Source: Gemmatimonadales bacterium (GTDB taxonomy: Bacteria > Gemmatimonadota > Gemmatimonadetes > Gemmatimonadales > GWC2-71-9). From it: a stretch of DNA of 64,000 nucleotides. Under the pieces are notes generated by a model. The model was not told the DNA's origin. It did no database searches and was given only the letters and a program-made list of their open reading frames with translations. Below, one piece after another: positions 44,990-54,692 of the stretch. The first letter of the stretch is position 1. Every line of letters starts with the position of its first letter. The translations under genes and the position numbers were made by a program. Where the stretch lies: positions 135,272 to 199,271 of the forward strand of contig CBDFJJ010000013.1 of the NCBI GenBank assembly GCA_965248285.1. The letters are read 5' to 3'.

Positions 44990-47146
44990 TTACCTCGCAA
45001 GCGGGTCCGGTCGCAGCTGGAACTTCACAACCTTACTCGGCGTGCCTTGGCCGGTCTCGAGGTGAAAAGGCGCTCGAGTGCTATAGGTCGCCCACAGCCC
45101 CCTGCCCTTCCAGCCGGCGTTGGCATCATCGATGCGGCCATCCATCCACTTGGTGTAGAACCCGAGCGGATAGGGCACGCGTAAGATGACCCACTCTCCG
45201 TCCTTCAGCGCCAGTAACCCTTCGGACGCATTGCCGGTGTTGATGGGCACGTTGCGGCCCAACCCAAACGTGTCAAACTGATCCACCCACGTGTAGTAGC
45301 TGGCCTCGACGCTGCCGGATTCGGTCAGGCCTTTGAATTGGGGTAGTGGCTCCGGATAGAGCGTCCAGCCTTCCGGGCAGTGCTGTCCGGTCGCGGTCGG
45401 TCCGTTCAGCGGCCCGGTGCACTTGCGCCGGTCGAAGCTGGCGAGGTGCCCGCTCGCGAGCGGCGTCCAGGCGACGCCGTCGCGATCGATGTCCATGCCG
45501 CGCGGCGAGTACCCCTGCACTGGTACGTCTGGGTTGTCCCACGGCGGTTCGTAGAACTCGGTCAGCGCCGTCGCCGACGGGTCGGACCCGGGGTCCAACC
45601 GGATGATCCCGCCGGGCGAGCCCAGCGAGGAGCCCCAGATCGTGCCGTCGTTGGGGTTGTAGGCGACGCCGTAGTAGCCGGACCCGATCCGCTTGTCCTT
45701 GGTGGGATCGACCGGTTCGTTGGGTTCGACGTACTCGTCCCGTCTGCCATTGCCGTTGGTGTCGAGGATGAGGGCCGTCCAGCCCTGTGACGCCTCTTCG
45801 TCGCCGGTCTCGTCGTACATCGTCGTGTTCAACCAACCGATGACCTGGCCGCCGCCGCTCGTCCATAGGGTGTGGTCCTCGTCCTCTGCGAAGATCAAGT
45901 GGTGCGTGCTGAAACAGGTGCTGATGAGCTTCATCTCCTCGGTGGCCGGATCGTACACCGCGAGGTGGCGACCGGCACTTTCGACCGGAAACACCTGCGC
46001 CGATGGATGGTCCGAACCCTCTCGACAGAACGCGGGGTTGTCCGGTGGGCGCACCGCCGAGGTGAGCCAGACCCGCGCGCGGTGATCGAGCATCGGGTTG
46101 TGCACGTTGGCCCGACTGTCCCAGATCGCTTCTTCTCCCCAGTACAGCGACGGCATGAGCGACGGCCCGGCCGCAAGCGGGGTGGCCGGATCGCGAACCG
46201 GCACCGGCACTTCACTCGTGGTGTGATCCATCGGGTTGAGGACAGGCAGGTAGTCCGCACTGGCCTCGAGCGCTCCGTAGATGGGGCCGTTGGCGTTGAC
46301 GGTGGGATCCCGCTTGTCAGTGGATATCTCGTCGTGGAGATACGCCGTCGGATCGGCCCAGTCCCACTGGGTAATGACGACGTTGCGTTCCACTCCTTGC
46401 GGTCGGGGTGGCTCCGCCGGCACTTCACCGGCGGCAATCCGATCGGTCCAGTCCGCGAATATCTCCAACATCCGCGGGCCCAGAGCACTGGGACCGAAAT
46501 TCATAGAGGCACCCGCCTGTCCGGACTTGAGGCGCCGTCCCCAGGCCGCTTCCGACGATTCGAACTCGCCAAACGCGGTAGAGACCTCCCGCGTCGCCTT
46601 GTTGCCCAGTTGATGACACGCCGTGCAGTAACCCGACTTCATGAGCCTGATCCACACGGCCTGGTTTGCCATGTTCGGTGAGATGCCATTCCCCTCCGGG
46701 CCCGTGCCCGGGAACTCGCTCTTGTCCGGCATCTCGAGCAGGGAGAACCAATACCCGGCCGGATAGTATTGCGCCGCTGCGTGGGGATCGGGCGCCACCA
46801 CCGCCGTCAGATCGTGCATCGTGCCCGGAGTGGCCTCAATCCTCGGCGAATCGACCAGCCCGTAGCCGCGCACCCACACCTCGTAGGTCGCTTCCGGCAG
46901 GTCGGGGAGCACGTAGCGTCCGCGATCGTCCGTGACCACGATCCTATTGAACCTGGTGGGCAGGTCGGTCGTTTCCGCGATGACCCAGACCCCCGCCTCG
47001 GGCCCGTCCGGGCCGCTCACCACCCCGCCGATGTCGTCGTCGTCAATGCGGACCGTCTGGCAGGCACTCAGTCCGGCCAGCGCCGCCGCCGCGAAGACGG
47101 CGATACCGGCTCGGGCGGTGCTCAGAGATCCAACGCTTCTCGTCAT
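44990..47146 (-). CDS. Secreted carboxypeptidase-regulatory-like domain protein with a haem-c motif
   Basis: ATG at 47146 gives a lipoprotein-like signal (...AALAGLSAC). The block GGVVSGPDGPEAGVWVIAET...RGRYVLPDLPEATYEVWV is CarboxypepD_reg-like, and CTACH supplies a C-x-x-C-H motif. Confidence 0.65.
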   Translation of the reverse strand: MTRSVGSLSTARAGIAVFAAAALAGLSACQTVRIDDDDIGGVVSGPDGPEAGVWVIAETTDLPTRFNRIVVTDDRGRYVLPDLPEATYEVWVRGYGLVDSPRIEATPGTMHDLTAVVAPDPHAAAQYYPAGYWFSLLEMPDKSEFPGTGPEGNGISPNMANQAVWIRLMKSGYCTACHQLGNKATREVSTAFGEFESSEAAWGRRLKSGQAGASMNFGPSALGPRMLEIFADWTDRIAAGEVPAEPPRPQGVERNVVITQWDWADPTAYLHDEISTDKRDPTVNANGPIYGALEASADYLPVLNPMDHTTSEVPVPVRDPATPLAAGPSLMPSLYWGEEAIWDSRANVHNPMLDHRARVWLTSAVRPPDNPAFCREGSDHPSAQVFPVESAGRHLAVYDPATEEMKLISTCFSTHHLIFAEDEDHTLWTSGGGQVIGWLNTTMYDETGDEEASQGWTALILDTNGNGRRDEYVEPNEPVDPTKDKRIGSGYYGVAYNPNDGTIWGSSLGSPGGIIRLDPGSDPSATALTEFYEPPWDNPDVPVQGYSPRGMDIDRDGVAWTPLASGHLASFDRRKCTGPLNGPTATGQHCPEGWTLYPEPLPQFKGLTESGSVEASYYTWVDQFDTFGLGRNVPINTGNASEGLLALKDGEWVILRVPYPLGFYTKWMDGRIDDANAGWKGRGLWATYSTRAPFHLETGQGTPSKVVKFQLRPDPLAR

Positions 47147-47291
47147 GGTGTCTGCTCCATGCCTATGTGCGGATAGGTAAAGAAAACGCGCTTTGGCTAG
47201 GACAGAAGCGTAGGGCGGGAAGTTGGAATCAGCAATAGCATTAGCTTTACGTAACCCAAACTCCCCGGCCATGACGCCTTAGCCCCTATTT

Positions 47292-49286
47292 ATGAACGAA
47301 TTCGTACTCCTTCGGGACATGCTTCTCCTCATCGCGATTGCCATCCCGGCAGTGGCGGGAGCGCAGCGGCTCAACATCCCGGCCATCGTCGCTTTCCTAA
47401 TTACCGGCATGGTCATCGGCCCGCACGGACTCGGCCTCATCGCACGACCCGACGAGGTGACGGTGCTCGCCGAGGTCGGCGTCGTTCTGCTCTTGTTCGA
47501 AATCGGGCTTGAAGTCTCACTCGCACAAGTTATTCGCATGCGATCGACCATCGTCCTGGGCGGAACGATGCAAATCGGCATCACGGTCGTTGCGACATGG
47601 GTCATCGGCACGCTCCTCGATATTCCGGCGAACCAGGCGGTCGCGCTCGGGTGTCTCTTTGCCCTGTCTTCTACGGCAATCGTGCTCAAGTCTTATCGAG
47701 ATCGCGGTGAGTTGGACTCCCCGCACGGACGCGTCTCCCTTGCCATCCTGTTGTTCCAGGATCTCATGATCGTTCCGCTCATCGTGCTCTTACAAGTGTT
47801 GGGAAATAGTGGCGGCGACGGCGAGTTACGGGACGTGGTGCGGCCGCTGCTGGGACTCCTCATCCTCATCGTGGTGGTACCCCTCGGTAGGACGTTGGTG
47901 CCGATGGTACTCAAACGCGTGCCCGACATCCGCGGCAGCGACCTGTTCACGTTGGTGATCAGCTTCTTCGGGCTTGGCGCGGCATTCCTCACCGCATCGC
48001 TCGGTCTCTCCCTCGCCGTCGGCGCATTCATTGCCGGTCTGATCATCTCGGAGTCCGAGTACGGCGCACAGGCGCTCTCGGATGTACTGCCGTTTCGTGC
48101 GCTATTCAGCAGCATCTTCTTCACATCCATCGGGATGTTGCTCGACCTCGGTTATGTGGCGGACAATCTCGTCTTTGTCAGCTCGGCCGCGTTGGCGGTG
48201 ATCGCCGGCAAGGCCTTGGTGGTGATACTCGTAGTGACGCTGCTGCTCCGGCGACCGCTGTTCACCGGCATCCTGTCCGGTTTGGCGCTCGCGCAAGTCG
48301 GTGAGTTTTCGTTCGTGCTGGCTGGCGTCGCGCTTAGCACGGGGTTGATCGCCGGCGCCAACTACCAGGCCTTCCTGGCGGTGAGCGTCCTCTCGATGGT
48401 CGCGACGCCGTTTCTCATGGCGGGGGCCCGACCGATCGGTGAGTGGTTCGTGCGGGTGGTCGGTAGCTCAATGCAAGAGGGGGACGGCGCCGCGACCACG
48501 CCTTCAGATCTCACCGATCACGCCATTATCGTGGGGTACGGGTTGAGCGGCCACCACTTGGCGAGCGTGTTGAAGGCGGCACACCTCAAGTACATCGTGC
48601 TCGAAACCAACGGCCAGGTGGTGCGCGCGGCCAGAGGCGAAGGCGAGTCGATTGCCTTTGGCGACGGAACCCGCCCGGAAGTGTTGTCCCAGGCCGGGAT
48701 TCGGTCGGCGCGCGTGTTGGTCATGAACATCGCATCCCCAATCGATGAACGGCGCGGCGTCGCTGTCGCAAGGAAACTGAATCCCGACGTGAAGATTCTG
48801 GTGCGCACGAGAAGCGTCGATACGATCGCGGATTTGGCGGAGCGTGGCGCGAACGACGTGATAGTCGAAGAATACGAAGCCGCGCTGGAACTATTTCAAC
48901 GCGTGCTGGGACACTATCACATCCCAATCAACACGATATCGACCGAGATGGACGCGGTGCGCGCCGAACACTACGGTATTCTGCGTGGTGTGCCGAAGGA
49001 CGTGCTCAGGCTCGATCAACTTCGGTTTCTTGGCATCCATCACGCCCTCGAGCTCGTCGAAGTGGAGCCCGGATCCGCCGCCGTCGGCGAGAATCCCATC
49101 ACAATGCATCTCCGCTCGTTGACCCGAGCAACCGTCGTGGCCGTGGTGCGTAGGGGCGAGCCCCTGTACACTCTCGATGCGGACTCAAAATTCTTGGTTG
49201 GCGACACCGTCGTCCTCGTGGGACCATCGCCGGCGCTCGTACGCGCCACAGCGATGTTCCGCACCAAGCAAGAAGACACCGCGTAG
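47292..49286 (+). CDS. CPA2-family cation:proton antiporter with TrkA (RCK) domains, Kef-like
   Basis: 664-aa ORF with a polytopic N-terminal exchanger domain, then the Rossmann motif IIVGYGLSGHHLA and a C-terminal TrkA-C-like region. Confidence 0.85.
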   Translation: MNEFVLLRDMLLLIAIAIPAVAGAQRLNIPAIVAFLITGMVIGPHGLGLIARPDEVTVLAEVGVVLLLFEIGLEVSLAQVIRMRSTIVLGGTMQIGITVVATWVIGTLLDIPANQAVALGCLFALSSTAIVLKSYRDRGELDSPHGRVSLAILLFQDLMIVPLIVLLQVLGNSGGDGELRDVVRPLLGLLILIVVVPLGRTLVPMVLKRVPDIRGSDLFTLVISFFGLGAAFLTASLGLSLAVGAFIAGLIISESEYGAQALSDVLPFRALFSSIFFTSIGMLLDLGYVADNLVFVSSAALAVIAGKALVVILVVTLLLRRPLFTGILSGLALAQVGEFSFVLAGVALSTGLIAGANYQAFLAVSVLSMVATPFLMAGARPIGEWFVRVVGSSMQEGDGAATTPSDLTDHAIIVGYGLSGHHLASVLKAAHLKYIVLETNGQVVRAARGEGESIAFGDGTRPEVLSQAGIRSARVLVMNIASPIDERRGVAVARKLNPDVKILVRTRSVDTIADLAERGANDVIVEEYEAALELFQRVLGHYHIPINTISTEMDAVRAEHYGILRGVPKDVLRLDQLRFLGIHHALELVEVEPGSAAVGENPITMHLRSLTRATVVAVVRRGEPLYTLDADSKFLVGDTVVLVGPSPALVRATAMFRTKQEDTA

Positions 49287-49294
49287 CAGTACTC

Positions 49295-49672
49295 ATGCTC
49301 TATCACATGTTGGCGAATGCACTCGTGATGGTCCACATGGCCTTCGTCGGCTTTGTGATCTTGGGTGGCTTACTTGTCCTTCGCTGGCCGCGCGTAATCT
49401 GGGCGCACCTGCCGGCGGCCCTGTGGGGGATGATCATCGAGTTTGGGGGATTCGTCTGTCCGTTGACGCCGTTGGAGAATTACTTCAGGCAACGGGCCGG
49501 CTTAGCAGAGTACCATACCGGTTTCGTCGAGCGTTATCTCCTTCCAGTGCTATATCCAGCGCAGCTCACACGGGGCGTGCAGATCGTGCTTGGCATCGGT
49601 GTCATAGCGATCAACCTGTGTGTCTATGCGTGGATTCTTCATCGGTGGAAACGGCGGAAGATTACACCCTGA
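49295..49672 (+). CDS. DUF2784-family small membrane protein
   Basis: 125-aa ORF. HMAFVGFVILGG...HLPAALWGMIIEFGGFVCPLTPLENYFRQRAG matches my recollection of DUF2784. Confidence 0.7.
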   Translation: MLYHMLANALVMVHMAFVGFVILGGLLVLRWPRVIWAHLPAALWGMIIEFGGFVCPLTPLENYFRQRAGLAEYHTGFVERYLLPVLYPAQLTRGVQIVLGIGVIAINLCVYAWILHRWKRRKITP

Positions 49673-49781
49673 CGCGCGTGCGTCCGATCCGATATATCTA
49701 TCCCGTGGCGTTCTCTTCTAGGTCACTCGGACAAGACGCATGTCGCATCTGCACCCATGACGCGACTTTCAGGAGGTTATC

Positions 49782-51254
49782 ATGATGATTCTCAGACCAT
49801 TCGGAATCGCGGCCGCCGCCGCTGTGGTCCTGGCGGCACCCTGCCTCGCCCAGACGACGGGGTCGGGAGCACTCCATCCGCTTGCGCGGAAGGCCGAGGT
49901 CGCGGATGCGTTGGAGGTGCTCGATACCTGGATCACGGCCACGGCGGCACAGCGTGAACAGCCCGGCGTCTCGGTCGGCATCGTCTACGACCAAGATCTG
50001 ATCTGGGCCAAGGGATACGGCTACGCCGATCTCGAGCGGCGCATTCCCGCGACCCCCGCCACGCTCTACCGGATCGCATCCATCTCCAAGCTCTTTACGG
50101 CCACCGCGATCATGCAACTTCGCGACGCCGGGAAGCTGAGGCTCGACGATCCGGTGAGCGAGCGGTTGTCGTGGTTCTCCATCAAGACGAGTGGGCACGA
50201 TAGTCCGGCCATCACGATGCGGCACCTGATCACTCACACGTCCGGGCTGCCCCGGGAGGCCGTGGGGGTCGACTGGAATGACGTGGTCTATCCCACCCGT
50301 GAGGCCATGCGGCGCAGCTTCCCGAATCAAGAGGCCGTGTATCCGCCCGGGACCGTGTGGAAGTACTCCAACCTCGCACTGTCGATCGCCGGAGAGGTGG
50401 TCGGCGAGGTCTCGGGGATCCCCTGGGCCCACTACGTCGAGCAACGGATACTCCAGCCCCTCGGCATGACGGCGACCCGTACGACGCCCGCTCGCGACAC
50501 GCCGGGTTTGGCGGTCGGGTATAGTCCCCGCCGGCCCGGACAAAAGCGAGAGCCGCAGCCCTTCGTCGACGCCGGGGCCATATCACCATCTGCGAGCCTG
50601 GCCTCGAGCGTCGAGGACCTGGCGAAGTTCCTGTCGCTGCAGTTCCGAGAGGACGAGGGCCGCACGCAGGTTCTCCGAGGATCCACCCTCCGCGAGATGC
50701 ACCGGATCCAATGGCTCAACCCCGACTGGCAATCCGGTTGGGGGCTGGGGTTCCGGATCCGCCGCGTCGGAGATCAGGTGCGAGTCGGACATAGCGGCGG
50801 CGTTCCCGGACACAGCACCAATGTCGAGACCATCTTGGACCAGAAGCTCGGGGTTATCGTGCTCACCAACGGGGCGGACGGCAATCCCACCAGCTACCTG
50901 GAGCAGGCGTTCGACCTCGTGGGCCCGGCGATCGCTCGTGCGGTGGCGAAACCGTCGGCATCCGCCGTCGCCGATCCGGCGTGGCAGCAGTACGTGGGAA
51001 GGTACCGTTCGAGGTGGGGCGAGACGCAGGTCAAGGTCCTCGGCAGCCACCTCGTCATGATCTCGCCGGAGGCGGGCGATCCCTGGGGCTCGCGCGTTAC
51101 CCTCGAGCCCGTCGCCCCGGGGACGTTCAGGATGGTCCAGTCGGGGTCCGTCTACGGTGACGCCATCGGCGAACTCATAACCTTCGAGACGAATGCCCGG
51201 GGCGAGGTGGTGCGGATGTCGAGGCCGGGCATGCACTGGCTGCCCGCCCGGTAA
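49782..51254 (+). CDS. Serine hydrolase, class-C beta-lactamase fold
   Basis: 490-aa ORF behind AGGAGG, with a signal peptide, S-x-x-K (ASISKLF) and Y-S-N (KYSNLAL). Confidence 0.8.
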   Translation: MMILRPFGIAAAAAVVLAAPCLAQTTGSGALHPLARKAEVADALEVLDTWITATAAQREQPGVSVGIVYDQDLIWAKGYGYADLERRIPATPATLYRIASISKLFTATAIMQLRDAGKLRLDDPVSERLSWFSIKTSGHDSPAITMRHLITHTSGLPREAVGVDWNDVVYPTREAMRRSFPNQEAVYPPGTVWKYSNLALSIAGEVVGEVSGIPWAHYVEQRILQPLGMTATRTTPARDTPGLAVGYSPRRPGQKREPQPFVDAGAISPSASLASSVEDLAKFLSLQFREDEGRTQVLRGSTLREMHRIQWLNPDWQSGWGLGFRIRRVGDQVRVGHSGGVPGHSTNVETILDQKLGVIVLTNGADGNPTSYLEQAFDLVGPAIARAVAKPSASAVADPAWQQYVGRYRSRWGETQVKVLGSHLVMISPEAGDPWGSRVTLEPVAPGTFRMVQSGSVYGDAIGELITFETNARGEVVRMSRPGMHWLPAR

Positions 51255-51315
51255 CTCGGCCTGCCGCCAACAAATCGCTCCGCCTCGAGGGAGGAGAACC
51301 TGCAATCGCCCTAGC

Positions 51316-51344
51316 TTGACAATGTATATACAGCGATGTATATA
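51316..51344 (+). promoter_or_regulatory. Putative promoter with two palindromic operator boxes; probably gives a leaderless antitoxin mRNA
   Basis: TTGACA (51316-51321), a 17-nt spacer, then TATATA (51339-51344). The palindrome TGTATATACA occurs twice (51323-51332 and 51337-51346). The antitoxin ATG at 51352 is only 7 nt after the -10 box. Confidence 0.5.
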
Positions 51345-51351
51345 CATCATC

Positions 51352-51609
51352 ATGGTACGAACGCAGCTCTACATGGACGAAGACCTGCATCAGCGTCTTA
51401 AATCACTGGCACGCAAGCAGGGTCGCACCGTTTCGGATCTCGTGCGCGAAGCGGTGGCGCGCGTGTACGCACCCGTTGGGGTCGCTGAGCGGTTGGAGAC
51501 CCTGCGTGCCGTCGAGGGCATATGGCAGGATCACAAAGAGGTCGGGGACGCCCACGAGTACGTGAGGCGTATGCGGGCCGATACGCGTCGCACGAAACCG
51601 CGCCGCTAA
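51352..51609 (+). CDS. Ribbon-helix-helix (CopG/Arc-type) antitoxin
   Basis: 85 aa beginning MVRTQLYMDEDLHQRLKSLARKQGRTVSDLVREAV, a classic RHH N-terminus. The ORF-track start at 51193 is an upstream extension. Confidence 0.8.
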   Translation: MVRTQLYMDEDLHQRLKSLARKQGRTVSDLVREAVARVYAPVGVAERLETLRAVEGIWQDHKEVGDAHEYVRRMRADTRRTKPRR

Positions 51610-52004
51610 CCGGCGTCATTCTCGACAGCGACATCATCATCGAGGTTTTGCGCGGTCGCGCCGACGTCATCGAGGGCGCGCATGCTCTCGAGGCCTCGGG
51701 AACACCGACCTACTGCACGCCGATTTCGGTCGCCGAGGTGTACGCCGGGATACGTCCAGGCGAGGAGCACGTCAGCCGAGCGTTTTTCGAAGCTCGGGGA
51801 GATGTGGTGTTGGATGCCGACACCGGTCGACGGGCGGGGGCGTATTTGGCGCGCTATGCAGAATCCCACGGCGTCGAGATTGCCGATGCGTTGATTGCTG
51901 CTGCTGCGACCACCTCGGATCTTCGGCTTTGGACGCTGAATCCGAAACATTATCCGATGGACGACCTCCAGTTTTACAAGCCAGCGAAGCCACTCACCCT
52001 CTAA
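51522..52004 (+). CDS. vapC: PIN-domain toxin (VapC-type); start uncertain
   Basis: GVILDSDIIIEVLRG supplies the first PIN Asp, and ADALIAAAA and LWTLNPKHY are present. The only canonical start upstream of the PIN core is ATG 51522 (GAGGG 3 nt upstream), which overlaps the antitoxin gene by 88 nt. Confidence 0.75.
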   Translation: MAGSQRGRGRPRVREAYAGRYASHETAPLTGVILDSDIIIEVLRGRADVIEGAHALEASGTPTYCTPISVAEVYAGIRPGEEHVSRAFFEARGDVVLDADTGRRAGAYLARYAESHGVEIADALIAAAATTSDLRLWTLNPKHYPMDDLQFYKPAKPLTL

Positions 52005-52009
52005 ACCAA

Positions 52010-52321
52010 GTGGATGCAACCTATCGCAGCGACCTGCGCGAACTCAACGAGTCGAACTTCCAGCGGTTCGACGCCAAGCTGGAGCAGAGGCTCGCACAGC
52101 AGGACGCGAGGTGGGAACGCCGCTTCGCGGAATCCGAGGCCAAGCTGGAACAACGGTTCGCGCAGCAGGAGGTGCGCTGGGAACTCCGGTTCGTGGAACT
52201 CGATGCCAAATGGGAAAAGCAGATCGGCTCACTCAAGGCCGAACTCATCAAGTGGATGTTTCTGTTTTGGGTCGGTACGGTCGGCGCCATTCTGACCATC
52301 ATGCGCATGACCGCAGCGTAG
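52010..52321 (+). CDS. Small coiled-coil protein with C-terminal transmembrane helix (DUF1640-like, tentative)
   Basis: GTG at 52010 lies 5 nt after the vapC stop. Three 22-aa repeats are present (AKLEQRLAQQDARWERRFAESE, AKLEQRFAQQEVRWELRFVELD, AKWEKQIGS...), followed by LIKWMFLFWVGTVGAILTIM. No Shine-Dalgarno sequence is seen. Confidence 0.5.
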   Translation: MDATYRSDLRELNESNFQRFDAKLEQRLAQQDARWERRFAESEAKLEQRFAQQEVRWELRFVELDAKWEKQIGSLKAELIKWMFLFWVGTVGAILTIMRMTAA

Positions 52322-52341
52322 CTTACCCAAATACCTCCTAG

Positions 52342-53654
52342 CAGGTTGCGGAAAAATTGATGGTGAGCCGCGTTTGTCCGGGTAACACGACGGTGTACCA
52401 GCGTGCGGTCCCCTATTACCGCCCCCGCGGTGCGGTCGGCGTGACGAATGCGGCCCACACTGCCCCATCAGGGGCTGCCTCCGGCCAGGGTCAGGGTGCG
52501 TATCCGCATCAGATTGTAGACCGCGGCCGTGAACGTAAACACCCACCCGACCCGCGGGGTCCCGCGATGTCGGAGTTTGCGTAACAACCCAATCGTCTTG
52601 TCCCACCCGTAGATCTCTTCCACTTTTTTGCGCTGCCGTTGACTGATCGCATAGCTGGGATGGCGCGTCGTCCGGCCATCCACCGCGCTCCGCAACCGCG
52701 TGCGGTGCACGTTCGGCGTGACGTGGGGCGTCCAGCCCAACGCCCGCAGCGTGTCGACAAACCCGCACCGATCATAACCCTTGTCCGCCCCCAACGTCCG
52801 TCGCCGGGCCGTCGGCGGTAAGCTCCCCACCATCGCCAGCGCACTCGCACACTCCGCCTCGTAGCCGGGCTGCGTCACGTCGGTCGCCACCACGAGCCCG
52901 TGCCGATTATCCATCAACACACTCGCCAAGTACGCCAATTGCGCGCCTTGCCCCCCACTCTTCCGCGTCAACCGCGCCTCCGGGTCCGTCCGCGACGCAT
53001 GCGTCGCATTCGTCCGTTTCTCCTGGCGAAACGTCACGCTCGGATTCCCCGGATCATCGTCCGTTGGCGGGCGGGTGCCGGCCTTCGGCTGAAAACTCTT
53101 CTGACTCGCCCACGCGTCCAGCAAGGTCCCGTCGACGGTGAAATGCTCATTCGACAACAACGCCCGCCGCTCCGCCTCCTGTAACACTTCGGCCAGAAAC
53201 GCATCCGCGATGCCCCCCTCGACCAGCCGCGTCCGATTCTTCGTAAAGACCGTCGGCACCCACACCGCGTCGTCCAGATTCAACCCCACAAACCATCGGT
53301 ACAGGATGTTGTAATCGAGCTGCTCCATCAGCTGCCGCTCGCTCCGGATCGTATACACCACCTGCAGCAATAACGCGCGTAACAAATGTTCCGGGGGAAT
53401 CGACGGCCGGCCCCGCCGCGCGTACAGCCGGTCCAACTGCGGCGAGAGCCGGGCTAACACCGGGTCCACCAGCGCCCGCAGGGCGCGCAACGGATGGTCG
53501 GAGGGCACCCGATCCTCCGCACTGATATAGCTGAACAGCGCCGACTGATTCGTCTTGTTCCCGCGCATCGTGGCACTCCCATCGAGGTCCCTCTACGATA
53601 AGAACTTCCGGCTCGCGATGCTATCGTCCATTACCCGACTTTTTCCGCAACCTG
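52342..53654 (-). mobile_element. IS5-family insertion sequence (1313 bp)
   Basis: The 15-bp perfect terminal inverted repeat CAGGTTGCGGAAAAA is present at both ends, flanked by CTAG at 52338-52341 and 53655-53658 (a 4-bp duplication of the YTAR type). Confidence 0.85.
52468..53568 (-). CDS. IS5-family DDE transposase (InsH-like N-terminal domain)
   Basis: 366-aa ORF with PPEHLLRALLLQVVYTIRSERQLMEQLDYNILYRWFVGL and C-terminal VEEIYGWDKTIGLLRKLRHRG, as in IS5/InsH-type transposases. Confidence 0.85.
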   Translation of the reverse strand: MRGNKTNQSALFSYISAEDRVPSDHPLRALRALVDPVLARLSPQLDRLYARRGRPSIPPEHLLRALLLQVVYTIRSERQLMEQLDYNILYRWFVGLNLDDAVWVPTVFTKNRTRLVEGGIADAFLAEVLQEAERRALLSNEHFTVDGTLLDAWASQKSFQPKAGTRPPTDDDPGNPSVTFRQEKRTNATHASRTDPEARLTRKSGGQGAQLAYLASVLMDNRHGLVVATDVTQPGYEAECASALAMVGSLPPTARRRTLGADKGYDRCGFVDTLRALGWTPHVTPNVHRTRLRSAVDGRTTRHPSYAISQRQRKKVEEIYGWDKTIGLLRKLRHRGTPRVGWVFTFTAAVYNLMRIRTLTLAGGSP

Positions 53655-53806
53655 CTAGACCCAAATATCACTTTGCTTCCAATAGACGACATCCAGTCTT
53701 ACAAACCAGCGAAGCCACTCACTCGAAGGCAGAGGCCCCTTCCCCACCCGGGCTGAGTGGCGGGGTGGCCCTCTCACCTCTCACTTCTCACCTCTCACGT
53801 CTCACG

Positions 53807-54692
53807 TCACGACGTCGGGACTCCTCTGATGTACTTCTCTATCCATTCGTACTCCCGCCTCATCTTGTCGAGCTGATAGCTGGGCAAGGTGAGCCCGTGC
53901 GGCTGCCCGGGGTAGATCACCAACTTGGCGGGCACGCCGTGCTTCTTGAGTCCGAGATAAAACTCTCGGCTCTGCCCCAGGGGCACCCGCAGGTCGTTCT
54001 CGCCGTGGAAGATGAGGGTCGGAGTCTTCACGTTCTGCACGTAGCTCAAGGGTGACATCTCCATCCAGCGCGCTCGATTGTCGTACGGTGTCCCGCCGTG
54101 GAGATTTTCCCGACTGAACTGAATGTCCGCGGTCCCGTAGTAACTCACCGAGTTGGAGAGACCGGCGCCGTACGCGGTGACCTTGAACCGGTCGGTGTGG
54201 CCGATGGCCCAACCGGACATGTAACCACCGTAGCTCCAGCCTTTGATGGCAAGTCGCTCAGGATCGGCCATTCCTCGTTCGATGACATAGTCAGCGCCAC
54301 TCACCACGTCCCGATAGTCACCGCCACCCACGTCTCCTTTGTTCGCCTGGGCGAATGCGGCGCCGTAGTTCGACGAGCCCCGGAAGTTGGGTAGGAGGGT
54401 GAAGTACCCGGCCGCCCCGTACACGTGGGGGAACGCGCTCCAGCGGGCCAGAAACCCTCTCGTGTGCGCACCCTGCGGACCACCGTGCACGTCGATAATC
54501 GTGGGATAGCGTCGGCCCGGAGTGTAGTCGACGGGGTAGACCAGCAGTCCTTCGATCTCCATCCCATCGGTCGAGCGCCACTGCACCGTCTCGACCTTGC
54601 CCAACGCCCAGTCGGCGCTTTGGGGATTGAGTGTCGTGAGCTGGCTCGGCTCGGTGGCCGGCTCCGCGATCCACCAGACGTCGGCCGGATGC
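53807..54692 (-). pseudogene. S9 prolyl-oligopeptidase-family peptidase, C-terminal (catalytic) half, severed by IS256 copy 2
   Basis: Contains GWSYGGYM (nucleophile Ser), HGENDLRVP and YPGQPHGL. The reading frame joins the fragment at 56105-57210 exactly once the IS and one copy of the 9-bp duplication are removed. Confidence 0.85.
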
